Assembly: GCA_963828165.1 (NCBI GenBank)
Contig: CAWHDR010000002.1
Coordinates: forward strand, 22,658-86,657
Length of the DNA stretch: 64,000 bases
Direction of reading: 5' to 3'
Origin: an uncultured Chloroflexia bacterium
GTDB lineage: Bacteria; Chloroflexota; Limnocylindria; Limnocylindrales; CSP1-4
Shown here: positions 47,165 through 57,478 of the stretch, one piece after another
Layout of the letters: the number at the start of each line of letters is the position of its first letter
Position numbering within the stretch: position 1 is the stretch's first letter
Made by a program: the position numbers and the translations under genes
Notes under the pieces: generated by a model
What the model was told of the DNA's origin: nothing
The model's input: the letters and a program-made list of their open reading frames with translations, nothing else
The model's database searches: none

Positions 47165-48667
47165 ATGAGCAACGTTCGGGTTCCGTCCGTACGCAGCGGC
47201 GGGGCGATCGAAGTCGTGGCGGTCGTCGGCATCCTGGTCGCGGTTGCGATTGCAGCCGCGTGGCTGATCGGGCAGGCGATCCCTCTGGGCTGGGACGAGT
47301 CGGTCTACGCCTCGAAGTCACGTTCCCTGCTGACGGACATCCCGTCATCGACGTGGGCCATCTACCGCGCGCCGGGGCTCCCGGTCGTCGGGCTGCTGGG
47401 TGGGGCGTTCGGCTTCACCGACGTCAACCTGCGCGCGGTGGCGCTGGTGCTCAACATTGGAGCCCTGGCGATGGCGTGGGCGCTCGCTCGCACCCTGTGG
47501 GGTCCCGTGGCGGCGATCGTCGCGCTGCTCACGATCGTCGGTTCGCCCGTCGTCATCGCTGAGATCGCGCTGTTTCACACCGATCTGCCGGCGGCCGGGC
47601 TCCTTCTGGCGCTGATGCTCCTCGTCTGGCATGAGTTCGAGCGCCGTGCCGAGCCGAGCCGCCTCCTGATCGCGGCGGCCCCATTGGCTGCGCTGGCCTT
47701 CTACATCAGGTACGGATCGATCCTGCCGACCGGCGGCATCGCTGTAGCGGCGGTCGTCCTGTGGCACCGATCGATGCTGCGGAACAAGGGTCTCGTCGGT
47801 CTCACGGTCGCGCTCGCCGCACTCTTGTTCGCGCCGCACATCCTCGAATCGATCAGTCGCACGGGTTCGCTGCTCGGGATCATCGCGAGCGCCGGAGAGC
47901 AGGTCGACACGTCCGAGCCGATGGCGACCGCCGCTCGATACCTCGGGTGGCTGCCCTCGCAGCTTGCGCACCGGCTCGGTTTCGTCGTCATGGTCGCCGG
48001 CGTCGCACATGCGGCGATCGTCGCGGTCGATGCGATCCGGCGGCGCGACCTTGAGCCTGTCGCCCGTCGCTACCTCTGGCTATTCGGCCCGGCCGGGGTC
48101 ACGACAGTCGGTCTCGTCCTGCAATCGCACGCGGAGCAGCGGTACGTCTTGTTTCCTGTCCTGCTCGCGATCATCGCTGGAGCCGGGGCCGTCGCCGCCG
48201 TGGTTGCGTGGCTCAGGGCGCGACCGCGACTCGCGGACCGGCCACGCACGCTCGACGGAGCGATCGTCGTGGGCATCCTCCTCATGGCGCTCATCGCGGG
48301 CTCGGTCGGTGCGCGCCGCGCGGCCGTGCTCGTGCGCGTCGGTGATGAATCGCGATGGCAGCCCGCCGTCGGCCGGGCCATCGGCGCAGACGCGGTCGGG
48401 CCGTGCACCGCGGTCACGTCGGTCCCACCCATGATCGAGTGGTACTCCCGGTGCGCGGCCAGCCCATTCACGAGCGGCGGCGCGGAAACCCTGGAATCGG
48501 GTGGCCCCGACCGACACACGTACATCGTGTTCTCGGACATCGACGAGCGCCGAACATCGCCCAGGACCCTCCAGCGGTATCGGGACCTGCTGGAAGTGCG
48601 AGAGGCCGCTGCCATCGCGATCGAGGACGACCACTCCGGAGTCGAGGTGGTTCGGCTGACACCCTGA
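47165..48667 (+). CDS. GT-C glycosyltransferase (family 39 / ArnT-like)
   Basis: WDESVY after TM1, YRAPGLP, many TM helices, EQRYVLF. Confidence 0.8.
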   Translation: MSNVRVPSVRSGGAIEVVAVVGILVAVAIAAAWLIGQAIPLGWDESVYASKSRSLLTDIPSSTWAIYRAPGLPVVGLLGGAFGFTDVNLRAVALVLNIGALAMAWALARTLWGPVAAIVALLTIVGSPVVIAEIALFHTDLPAAGLLLALMLLVWHEFERRAEPSRLLIAAAPLAALAFYIRYGSILPTGGIAVAAVVLWHRSMLRNKGLVGLTVALAALLFAPHILESISRTGSLLGIIASAGEQVDTSEPMATAARYLGWLPSQLAHRLGFVVMVAGVAHAAIVAVDAIRRRDLEPVARRYLWLFGPAGVTTVGLVLQSHAEQRYVLFPVLLAIIAGAGAVAAVVAWLRARPRLADRPRTLDGAIVVGILLMALIAGSVGARRAAVLVRVGDESRWQPAVGRAIGADAVGPCTAVTSVPPMIEWYSRCAASPFTSGGAETLESGGPDRHTYIVFSDIDERRTSPRTLQRYRDLLEVREAAAIAIEDDHSGVEVVRLTP

Positions 48668-48798
48668 CCTGCCGGTTCTATCGGGACCTCGTCGCGGGGA
48701 CCGTGGCCTTCGAGGACCCGGGGCCGGACGGCCGCCTCGACTTCGACGGCAACGAGGTGGTCATCGCGACCGCGGCGACTTCGTCCTGACGCCGCGCC

Positions 48799-49407
48799 TC
48801 AGTCGCGCGGTCGAAACCGAGGCGGGACCTCGTTGCGGGCGGCGTTCTCGGCTGCCTCGGCGATCCGGTTGGCCCGCGTCTCCGGCCGCTTCGCCTGCGT
48901 GATCCATTCGAGGAGGGCCCGGCGCCGCGACCGGCTGAACGCGTCCCAACGCTCACGCGCCAGCGGCGCAGCGGCGGCCAGGGCCGCGGCCAGGTCGTCC
49001 GGCACGACGAGGTTTTCGACATCGTCGAGCCGTGTCCACGAACCGTTCCGCTTGGCCTCTTCGATCGCGGCCAGGCCGGCGGGCAGCATCAGGCCGTCCG
49101 CGATCAGGCGCTCGACGCGTGCCTTGTTGGTGCGCGCCCAGCCGCTGGTCGGGCGGCGTGGCGAGAACCACTGGAGCCCTCGCTGCTCGTCGAGCCGCCC
49201 GGCGACTGAATCGATCCAGCCGACGCACAGCGCCTCCTCGACCGCCTCCTCGTAACCGACGCTGGTGCTTCCCGAGCCGCGGCGCCACGAAACGAGGTGC
49301 ACGCCACCCGATGTCGCGTGATTCGCGATGAGCCACTCGCGCCAACCCGCCCGGTCGAACGGCCCGACCATCGGCCGGCCGTCCGGAGCCCGCTCGCCCT
49401 CCGTCAC
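48799..49407 (-). CDS. YdeI/OmpD-associated family protein
   Basis: WREWL..H, YEEAVEEALCVGWID, FSPRR..S.W..NK, AKRPETR. Confidence 0.88.
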   Translation of the reverse strand: MTEGERAPDGRPMVGPFDRAGWREWLIANHATSGGVHLVSWRRGSGSTSVGYEEAVEEALCVGWIDSVAGRLDEQRGLQWFSPRRPTSGWARTNKARVERLIADGLMLPAGLAAIEEAKRNGSWTRLDDVENLVVPDDLAAALAAAAPLARERWDAFSRSRRRALLEWITQAKRPETRANRIAEAAENAARNEVPPRFRPRD

Positions 49408-50821
49408 GTCGTCCCTCCCGGTGCCCACGTCACGATCCCGAGCGGCAACGGTCGCTGATCGCGGAGCCCGACGCGGCCATCCGGATCCTGCACCATCAGG
49501 TCGTCCAGCGCGGCCCGGAAGCGGTGACCAGCCTCGCCGCCGGCCTCGATCCAGAGCTGGCGCCGAAGGTATCCCTCGAGCTCGTCGCGCGACTCGAACC
49601 GGCGTGATGCGCGTTCCAGCATCTGGATCGAAGGATCGCGACCCCGCGCGCGAAGCAGCTCGCTGAACTCAGGAAGCGCGGGCAACGGGACGCGAGCCTC
49701 GCCGTGGACCGGCGGCCAGCACACGTCGGCGATCGACGATGGCTGGCGCTCCATGAGCATCGCGACACACAACCGGCCCGCCGCCGACTCCATCGCATCG
49801 AGGAACGGCCCGATCGCCTCGATGTCGTACCCGACGTGGGCGATGAGCGTGACATCCGCCGCCAACGGCGTTGGATCGCCGGGTGGCCAGCGCGCCCGCA
49901 CGGAGCGGACGTTGTCGATGTCGTGCTCCGCCGCGATCTCGCGCAGGCCGTCGAGCATCGAGGCGGACGGATCGAGTGCGATCACCTCGCCACCGGACGG
50001 CGCCAGCGCGCGCGCGATCGGCAGCGCATAACGGCCCGCGCCCGCCCCGATGTCCAGCCAACGCTCGCGCGGTCGGACCAGCGCCAGGAGCGCGTCCAAA
50101 GCCGGTTCGTCGCTTCGCGTCGGGTCGGCGCGGAACAATCCGGTGACGGGTGCATAGAAGTCGGTGCCGTCGGGGACCTCGCGGAAGCGATCGACCTGCT
50201 CGGCGTTGGCGCGGACGCGCGCGGCCCAGGTCGCCTCTAGGGTGGCGACGAGGTCCTCGCGGGTGTCGATGTCCGGATTGCTGGGCACGTCGACCGGCAC
50301 CTCCTGGACGAGCTCCGGGTGTGCCGTGACGACCGGGCCGAGGCCACGGTCGCCGGTCACTGCAGCGACCAGCCCGAATGCGTCGCGGCCCAGAAACACG
50401 GGGTTGCGGCCGCCGTCAGCCGCATACACCGGCACGGCGATCGGCCGCGCGCCGTCCCGCGGCGCATCGAGAAGCGCCCGAATGACCTCGACCGACACCA
50501 TCGGTTGGTCGCCGAGCACGATCAGCGCGCCATCAACACGCTCGTGGAGCGCGTCGATCCCGATCCGGACCGAGCTCGACAAGCCCGGCCGGGATCTGGG
50601 TTGTGGACACGCCGCTCTCGACGCCATTCGATCGCCTCCTCGATCGCCGAAGCGTCGTCACCGAGGACGACGACGACGTCTCCGATCCCGGCGTCTGCCA
50701 GCCGATCCAGCACGTGCTGCAGCACCGGCCGCCCTTCGAGGGACGCCAGGAGCTTGCCACCCCCGAACCGCGTCCCGGCGCCGGCGGCGAGCACGACGGC
50801 CGCGATGGTCCGGGTCGTCAT
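49404..50821 (-). CDS. MocA-like nucleotidyltransferase fused to SAM methyltransferase (frameshift near 50585)
   Basis: VLAAGAGTRFGGGKL, GLSSS, LGDQP, DIDT, then WLDIGAGAG in the same frame. Confidence 0.75.
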
Positions 50822-51930
50822 CGAGCGGTCGCGACCGCGCGTTCCTTCATCGGGCGACCCGAGCCGCCGTACCGCTCCGCGACGACCTCGGCCAGGATCG
50901 CGAGGGCCGTCTCGGCCGGGGCTCGTCCGCCCAGGTCCAACCCGACGGGTCCGCGCAGACGGGCGAGCTCCTCCTGGCTCACGCCGGCCTCGAGCAGTCG
51001 TCGGCCGCGTTCGGCCTGGGTCTTGCGCGAACCGACCGCGCCGACATAGCGGCACTCGCGACGGAGCGCCTCGATGATCGCCGGCTCGTCGAACTTGACG
51101 TCGTGGGTCAGGACGGCCACCGCGTCGTTCGGTCCCAGGCCGATCTCGTCGGCGACCTCGTCCGGCCAGCCGACGACCAGCCGGTCGACATCGGGGAAGC
51201 GCTCCGGGGTCGCGAACGACGCCCGGCCATCGATGACGACGGTCTCGAAGCCAAGCTCCTTCGCAAGACGGACGAGCGAACGCGCGACCTCCACGGCACC
51301 GACGACCACGAGGCGCGGCCGGACCGGATACACCTCGACGAAGAGCGATCGACCGCCGAGCTCCACGGTTCGCGACATGCCGCGCCGCAACGCTTCGGTG
51401 GCCGCCTCCACGAGTTGCGCGTCGAGGGTCGCGTCGCCGAGCGTGCCCTCGAGGCTCCCGTCGTCGTGGACGGCCAGCGTGGGTTCCGGTGGGGCGCCGC
51501 GTCCCGGCTCGTGCGCACCGAAGTCGGCCGGTGGCGAGTCCCCGGGGAGCGGCGTGATGACGGCCGTGCCGTGCCCACCGGCCCCCAGCGACGCGATCGC
51601 CGCCGCTACCGCCGCGGAGGGGACGGCGGGTTCAACGAGGATGTCGATCGTGCCGCCACAGGCCAGGCCCACGTCCCACGCCTGCTCGTCGCTGATGCCG
51701 TAGCGGATCACCCGGGCGTGCCCGTCTGCGCGGGCCTTCTCGATCTCCTCAGCCGCGGCGCCTTCCACGCAACCGCCGCTCACCGAGCCCGCGATACGGC
51801 CGTCGCTCGCGTACAGCAGCACGGCACCCTCGGGCCGGGGCGCAGACCCGAACGTCCGGACGACCACCGCCCGGCCGACGTCGATCCCCTTCCCTTGCCA
51901 GCCCTGGAGCGTGTCGAGGAGCTCCTTCAT
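50818..51930 (-). CDS. xdhC: XdhC/CoxI-family molybdoenzyme maturation factor
   Basis: GSAPRPEG, GSVSGGCVE, GLACGG, THD, YVGAVGS, GPVGLDLG..PAETA. Confidence 0.9.
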   Translation of the reverse strand: MKELLDTLQGWQGKGIDVGRAVVVRTFGSAPRPEGAVLLYASDGRIAGSVSGGCVEGAAAEEIEKARADGHARVIRYGISDEQAWDVGLACGGTIDILVEPAVPSAAVAAAIASLGAGGHGTAVITPLPGDSPPADFGAHEPGRGAPPEPTLAVHDDGSLEGTLGDATLDAQLVEAATEALRRGMSRTVELGGRSLFVEVYPVRPRLVVVGAVEVARSLVRLAKELGFETVVIDGRASFATPERFPDVDRLVVGWPDEVADEIGLGPNDAVAVLTHDVKFDEPAIIEALRRECRYVGAVGSRKTQAERGRRLLEAGVSQEELARLRGPVGLDLGGRAPAETALAILAEVVAERYGGSGRPMKERAVATAR

Positions 51931-53342
51931 CGGATTGGCCTCGCCGTGCCGCGGTCGGTGGGTTCGCCGCCCACGACGCCGGGCGGTGCGGTGCCGGCCG
52001 CCGTCCCGGCCCCGGCCGCCTCGACCACCCCGGGCAGGGCGGCATGAGCGGCCGCCTCGCTTCCCCGTCGCGTGTCGGCCGAGCGCACGCCGCCCAGGAT
52101 CTCGCCAAGCCGCTCCAGCGAGGCGACGGTCCCGGCCGGCAGGAAGTCGTCGATGTACGGGTAGGCCGCCCGCATCCCGCCGGCCAGCGGCTGGTAACCG
52201 GGGGTCCCGGCCAGCGGGTTGAGCCACACGAGGCGATGACAGTTGCGGCGCAGCCGGGCGGTCTCCGCTGCCACGATCGCGGGGTCGCCACGGTCCCAGC
52301 CGTCGGACACGACGATGACCACACCGCTCGATCGCAGCGACCGCCGAGCCCACTGCTGGTTGAAGGTGCGGAAGCTCTCGCCGATCCGCGTCCCACCGGC
52401 CCAGTCGTTGACGGTATCGGCGACACGGGCGAGCGCCCGATCGCGGTCCTTGTCCCGCAGCAGCCGGGTGACGCGCGTGAGTCGCGTCCCAAAGACGAAC
52501 GACTCCGCCCGCACCTCCGACGAGGCGGAGAGCGCCTGGACGAACCGCAACAGCAGCCGTGAGTGCCGCTCCATCGAGCCCGAGATGTCGCACAACACGA
52601 CCAGGGAGCGAGGCTCCTTCACCGGCCGTCGCCAGACCCACGTCAGCAGCTGCCCGCCCGTGCCGAGGTTGCGCCGGAACATCGCCCGCGGGGCGAGACG
52701 GCGGCCATGCGAATGCAGCTCGTACCGGCGGGTCCGGCGCTGCTCGAGCCGCGGGATCAGCGCATCGACCAGGCGCTCGGCGTCTCGCAGCTCGGCCGGG
52801 GTCATCCGGTCGAACTCGCGGTGGCGCAGCATCTCGCCGCGCGAGTAGGCGTCCGGCGCGACGACGGCGCCCTCGAGCTCGGTGTCGTCGTCCGCGTCGT
52901 CGTCGCCCGCCGACGGGACCGGGATGCCGCGCTCGTCGGGGCTCGCATCGACGCGATCCTGCCCGGCGGTGGGTTCCGCCTGGCCGGACGCCTCGCCCTC
53001 GAGGTCCTCGTCGTCGCTCGGGCGCGGGAGCGGCGGAGCCGCGAAGTCGCCGCCTCGGCGCCGGCGCTGTCGCCACCAGCGATCGAACACGGCGTCGTAG
53101 ATCGGCCGGTCGTCGCGGCGCCGCACGAAGACGGCCTCGCCGGCCGCACGGACCTGCTCGCGCTCACCCATGTCGACGAGGGGCAGGGCCCGCGCGTAAT
53201 CCAGGGCAGCTCCCAGGTCCACCGCCAGCCCTGCCGCCCGCAGTGCCCGCCCGAACCCGACCGCCTCGCGCAGCAACCGGCGGCCATCGACCTCGTCGCC
53301 CCACGGCGCCGTCACGATCGCGGGATCGTTGCCTGCCTGCAC
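51927..53342 (-). CDS. coxE: CoxE-family VWA protein; start approximate
   Basis: LCDISGSM, FGTRLTRVT, WAGGTRIG, SDGWDRG, WLNPL. Confidence 0.88.
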   Translation of the reverse strand: MQAGNDPAIVTAPWGDEVDGRRLLREAVGFGRALRAAGLAVDLGAALDYARALPLVDMGEREQVRAAGEAVFVRRRDDRPIYDAVFDRWWRQRRRRGGDFAAPPLPRPSDDEDLEGEASGQAEPTAGQDRVDASPDERGIPVPSAGDDDADDDTELEGAVVAPDAYSRGEMLRHREFDRMTPAELRDAERLVDALIPRLEQRRTRRYELHSHGRRLAPRAMFRRNLGTGGQLLTWVWRRPVKEPRSLVVLCDISGSMERHSRLLLRFVQALSASSEVRAESFVFGTRLTRVTRLLRDKDRDRALARVADTVNDWAGGTRIGESFRTFNQQWARRSLRSSGVVIVVSDGWDRGDPAIVAAETARLRRNCHRLVWLNPLAGTPGYQPLAGGMRAAYPYIDDFLPAGTVASLERLGEILGGVRSADTRRGSEAAAHAALPGVVEAAGAGTAAGTAPPGVVGGEPTDRGTARPIR

Positions 53343-53362
53343 GTCGTCACTCTGCCATGAAG

Positions 53363-55525
53363 TCAGGACTCCGGCGCCACCGGGCTTCGCGGGCCCAAGG
53401 GACCCGGCGCTGGAGCGTGCACGACCTGGTATTTCGAGGTGTTGGAGAGGACCTCGACGACGCCGTCGGCCAGGTGGACGTCCAGCGATCCGCCACCGAC
53501 CCGCAGGTTCCGGATCCTGATCTCCGGCATCCATTCGGGCAGCGCGGGATTGACGTACAGCCGAGATCCGTCGGCGTCCGTCGTCGCATGGAGGCCGCAC
53601 AGGATCGCCACGAAACGGAATACCGAGCCGGCCGCCCATGCCTGGGGCACGTTTGCTCCGAGATAGGGCACCGGGAAGCTCGCCGGGACCCTGGGCAGGC
53701 CGGAGAACAGCTCGGGCAGGCGCTGGCCCACGAGCCGCTCCGCCGCGTCGAAGATGCCCTTGGCCACCTGGGCCGCCTCCGCGTTGAAGCCATAGCGCCG
53801 GAACCCGCCGGCGATGGTCGCGTTGTCGTGCGGCCACACCGAACCCGTCTGGTAGGAGAACGGGTTGTAGTACGGGTGGTCGGACGACAGCGTCCGGATG
53901 CCCCAGCCCGACCACATGTCGGGCGCCATGAGCCGGCGGACGACTCGCTCGGCGCGCTCCGGCGGAACGATCCCGGACTGGAGCAGGTGGCCCGCGTTCG
54001 AGGCGACACTGCGGATCGGCTCCCGGCGCCCGTTGAGCCCCAGGTAGTAGGTGCCTTCCTCCTCCCACCAGAACCGGTCGTTGAACCGGTCAAACAGGCG
54101 TTTCGCCTCGCGTCGCAGCCGCTTGGCATCCTCGGGTCGCTCGAGGACGTCGTAGATCTCGGCCATCCGGATCTTGGCGTCATACACGTAGCCCTGCAGC
54201 TCGCAGGTCGCGATCGGCAGCGGGGAGAGGGTGCCGTCGGCCTCGACGATCGCGTCGCCAGCGTCCTTCCAGCCCTGGTTGTAGTGCCCGTGCGACGAAC
54301 GCGTTCGGTACTCCTGAAACCCGTCGTTGTTGCGGTCGCCGTACGTGTCGATCCAGGCCATCGCCGCTTCCGCGTTCGGGAGGTATCGGCGGAGCAGCGC
54401 CGGGTCGGCGCTCCAGTGGTACAGGTAGGACAGCACGATGACGAACAGGCTCGTGGCGTCATGCGTCCCGTAGTACGGCTGGTACGGCAGGATCCGCAGC
54501 TGGGCGAGCTCGCCGTGCCGGATCTCGTGCGGGATCTTGCCCGGTTCCATGTCGCGTTCCGGGTCGTCCTCGGTCGCCTGCAGCTCCGAGAGCCGGCGCA
54601 GTGCCCCCCCGGCGAACTCGGGGAAGCCGGAGATGCCCTGCATCGAGACGATCAGTGAGTCGCGCCCGAAGAGCGTCACGAACCACGGCACGCCGGCCGC
54701 CGGGATGAAGACGCCCCGCTCGAACGTCGGGTCCTCCAGCTTGAGCGCCTCCAGGTCGCGGACGGCCTGGTCCCACGCTCGATCCACGATCGGGTTTGGC
54801 GTCTCGACGCTGACGTTCGGGAGGTGCTTGGCGCCAACCTTGCGGAGCGGCGCGTCCACGGCGTTGCAGTCGAGCGTCGCAAGGCCCCGCTTGGACGCCG
54901 TCACCGGCAGCCATTTCAGGCAGGTATGCCACACGTCCTTGGGCGGGATCGTCGCGACGAACACCAGGCTCCCATTGGCGAACTGGGGCGTCGAAGAGGA
55001 GCGCTCGACCGCCACGATCAGGTCGCGCCGGAAGGCGCCGTTGACGTAGCTGGAGCGCAACTCGCCGCGCGAGCGAAACCAGCGCGTGTTGAGCTCGCCG
55101 CGGCGCACGATCTCGCCGTGCTTGACGTCGAAGATGTCCGCGAAATCGGACAGGATCGCGATCTCGACGGTCAGCCGGACCGGTCGTCGTGAGTAGTTGA
55201 CGAGGTCGTAGTCCTCGTGCACGCCGTCGGCCACGGTTCGGTCCAGGCGAAGGGCCAGCGACTGCCGGGGAATCGGGCCGTCGACGTCCACGAGCGCATC
55301 GTTCGTAAACTCGAAGCGCGACGAGAAGAACTGGATCGGCGCCGAGCTCAGGAGCATCGGGCGCACCCCGTTGATCCGCACGTCATACCCGGAGATGAAC
55401 CGGGTGTCGCGGGTGAAGAACCCGTCGTCGTCCCCAACGATCCGTCCGTCGGGCTGGCACACGAGCACCCGGTCGTCGCGATTCATGGTGATCGTCGACG
55501 GTCCGATCTGGACCGGGAAGGTCAT
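53363..55525 (-). CDS. Amylo-alpha-1,6-glucosidase / glycogen debranching enzyme family
   Basis: GDE_N-like start, AGVPWFVTLFGRDS, EPGKIPHE, NQGWKD, YQTGSVWPHDN, PQAWAAG. Confidence 0.9.
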   Translation of the reverse strand: MTFPVQIGPSTITMNRDDRVLVCQPDGRIVGDDDGFFTRDTRFISGYDVRINGVRPMLLSSAPIQFFSSRFEFTNDALVDVDGPIPRQSLALRLDRTVADGVHEDYDLVNYSRRPVRLTVEIAILSDFADIFDVKHGEIVRRGELNTRWFRSRGELRSSYVNGAFRRDLIVAVERSSSTPQFANGSLVFVATIPPKDVWHTCLKWLPVTASKRGLATLDCNAVDAPLRKVGAKHLPNVSVETPNPIVDRAWDQAVRDLEALKLEDPTFERGVFIPAAGVPWFVTLFGRDSLIVSMQGISGFPEFAGGALRRLSELQATEDDPERDMEPGKIPHEIRHGELAQLRILPYQPYYGTHDATSLFVIVLSYLYHWSADPALLRRYLPNAEAAMAWIDTYGDRNNDGFQEYRTRSSHGHYNQGWKDAGDAIVEADGTLSPLPIATCELQGYVYDAKIRMAEIYDVLERPEDAKRLRREAKRLFDRFNDRFWWEEEGTYYLGLNGRREPIRSVASNAGHLLQSGIVPPERAERVVRRLMAPDMWSGWGIRTLSSDHPYYNPFSYQTGSVWPHDNATIAGGFRRYGFNAEAAQVAKGIFDAAERLVGQRLPELFSGLPRVPASFPVPYLGANVPQAWAAGSVFRFVAILCGLHATTDADGSRLYVNPALPEWMPEIRIRNLRVGGGSLDVHLADGVVEVLSNTSKYQVVHAPAPGPLGPRSPVAPES

Positions 55526-55541
55526 CGGGTGGGTCGGGCCA

Positions 55542-55940
55542 CTACGCGTTCGGCGAGAGGCGCCGGACCAGGTCCTCGACGCGGCCGCGCCACTCGTCGT
55601 CGTCTTCGGTCTCGCCCCAGAGCTCGGCGATCTCCGACCCCGCGAGGACGCGTTCGACGGCGGATCGGGCGCGCGCGGCGTGCTCGGGCGTGATGCTGGG
55701 CGCGAGCGCATTCGCGAATCCGACGATATCGTCGCGAAGCCCGTCGACCGGTCGACCGAGGGCGGCCGCGATGACCTCGCCCGCGGCGATGGCGTTCACG
55801 TCGGTCGGCGTCTCGAGCTCCTGGGGTCCCAGGGCCTCCTTCAGGGCCGCGTCGACCGCCGCGATCCCGTCCTTCTCGAGCTCGTAGACCCAGTCCGACG
55901 CGTCGTCGTTGTCGAACGACGCTGTGCCCCACGCTCCCAT
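55542..55940 (-). CDS. DUF4259-family protein
   Basis: MGAWGTASFDNDDASDW, SEIAELW. Confidence 0.85.
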   Translation of the reverse strand: MGAWGTASFDNDDASDWVYELEKDGIAAVDAALKEALGPQELETPTDVNAIAAGEVIAAALGRPVDGLRDDIVGFANALAPSITPEHAARARSAVERVLAGSEIAELWGETEDDDEWRGRVEDLVRRLSPNA

Positions 55941-55967
55941 CGTTCCTCCGTCAGTCAGTCGTGACGA

Positions 55968-56903
55968 TCAACCGCGGGCCGCGACCTCGCTGAGCATCCG
56001 GGCAGCCTGCTCCCCCCGGATCTGGCGGATGTCCTCTTCGTATTTGAGCACAACGCCGAGCGTCTCATCGACGATGGCCGGCGACAGCTCGACGGCGCCC
56101 AGCGACAGCAGCGCGGCCGCCCAGTCGAGCGTCTCCGCGATGCCCGGCACCTTCGTGAGATCCGCCTCACGCAGTCGATGGACGAAACCGACGACCTCCG
56201 TGGCGAGCCGCTCGGGCGCCGCCGGCACGCGCGCGAGCACGATCTCGAACTCCTTCTGGGCCGTCGGGTAGTCGATCCAGTGGTACAGGCAGCGCCGCTT
56301 GAGCGCGTCATGGACCTCGCGTGTCCGGTTCGAGGTGAGGATCACGCGCGGCGGCAGCTCGGCCCGGATCGTGCCGATCTCCGGGACCGTGACCTGGAAG
56401 TCGGACAGGATCTCGAGCAGGTACGCCTCGAACTCCTCGTCCGCGCGGTCGATCTCATCGATGAGGAGCACCGGCGCGACGCCATCGTCGTTCTCCAGCG
56501 CCTGGAGGAGCGGCCTCCGGATGAGGAATTCCGAGCTGAAGATGTCGTGCGCGGTCGCCTGGTCCGCGCTGCCCCGCGCTTCGAGCAGCCGGATCTCCAG
56601 CATCTGGCGCGGGTAGTTCCACTCGTAGACGGCCGTGTTGACGTCGAGGCCCTCGTAGCACTGGAGGCGGATGAGCCGGGCCCCGAGCGACGCAGCCAGG
56701 ACCTTCGCGAGCTCGGTCTTCCCGACCCCGGCCTCACCTTCGAGGAGCAACGGGCGCCCGAGCTCGAGCGCGAGGAACACAGCCGTCGTGAGCGAGCGGT
56801 CGGCGATGTAGTCGCGCCCGCGGAATTCCTCGGTGAGCGCTTCGATCGAGCGCGTGCCCGCCGGCCGGTCGTCACGATCCGCGGTCGGGGATGGGTCGGT
56901 CAT
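55968..56903 (-). CDS. coxD: MoxR-family AAA+ ATPase CoxD
   Basis: GEAGVGKT, RLQCYEGLD, YEWNY, IDEIDRAD, HDALKRRC. Confidence 0.9.
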   Translation of the reverse strand: MTDPSPTADRDDRPAGTRSIEALTEEFRGRDYIADRSLTTAVFLALELGRPLLLEGEAGVGKTELAKVLAASLGARLIRLQCYEGLDVNTAVYEWNYPRQMLEIRLLEARGSADQATAHDIFSSEFLIRRPLLQALENDDGVAPVLLIDEIDRADEEFEAYLLEILSDFQVTVPEIGTIRAELPPRVILTSNRTREVHDALKRRCLYHWIDYPTAQKEFEIVLARVPAAPERLATEVVGFVHRLREADLTKVPGIAETLDWAAALLSLGAVELSPAIVDETLGVVLKYEEDIRQIRGEQAARMLSEVAARG

Positions 56904-56941
56904 GTCCGGAATCTACACGGTCGAGCCGGGCGGCCAGTCGG

Positions 56942-57457
56942 TCAGCCGATCTGGACCGTGACCTCCACCGGCACGGCCCGCCGCGCCAGGTCGTCGACCG
57001 GGCAATGCGAACGACCCCAATCGACGATCTCCCGCACTCGCGCCTCGTCAGCGCTCGCCGATTCGACACGCACCTCGACGCGCATGCTCAAGGGTCCTGG
57101 CGGCACGGATGCGTCGATGCCGAGGATGCCGCGGTCGTCGGACTCGCTGTCCACCGTGACCTGCAGCCCGGTGAGCTCGACGCCCTCGACCGCCGCCGCG
57201 AGAGTGATCAGCGTCGCCACGCAGGATGCGTAGCCGGCACGCAACAGCCATGCCGGCGATGGTGCGCTGCCGGCGCCGCCCACGGCGGACACCATGTCGG
57301 TCGTGACCGAGGCGCCGTCCGGCCCATCCACTCGCACGCGCAAGCCGTCCTCGACCACGGCCGTCGCGGCGGAGTCCCGGTAGCGAGCCTCGTCCGGGTG
57401 AGCGGAGAGGTACGCGCGCGCAGCCGCCACGGCCGTCGCGATCTCCTTCGATCCCAT
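56942..57457 (-). CDS. OsmC-family protein
   Basis: D....GG.GSAPSP..ASC...HCPV. Confidence 0.85.
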   Translation of the reverse strand: MGSKEIATAVAAARAYLSAHPDEARYRDSAATAVVEDGLRVRVDGPDGASVTTDMVSAVGGAGSAPSPAWLLRAGYASCVATLITLAAAVEGVELTGLQVTVDSESDDRGILGIDASVPPGPLSMRVEVRVESASADEARVREIVDWGRSHCPVDDLARRAVPVEVTVQIG

Positions 57458-57478
57458 CGTCTTCCTCCTTGTGCGGTC

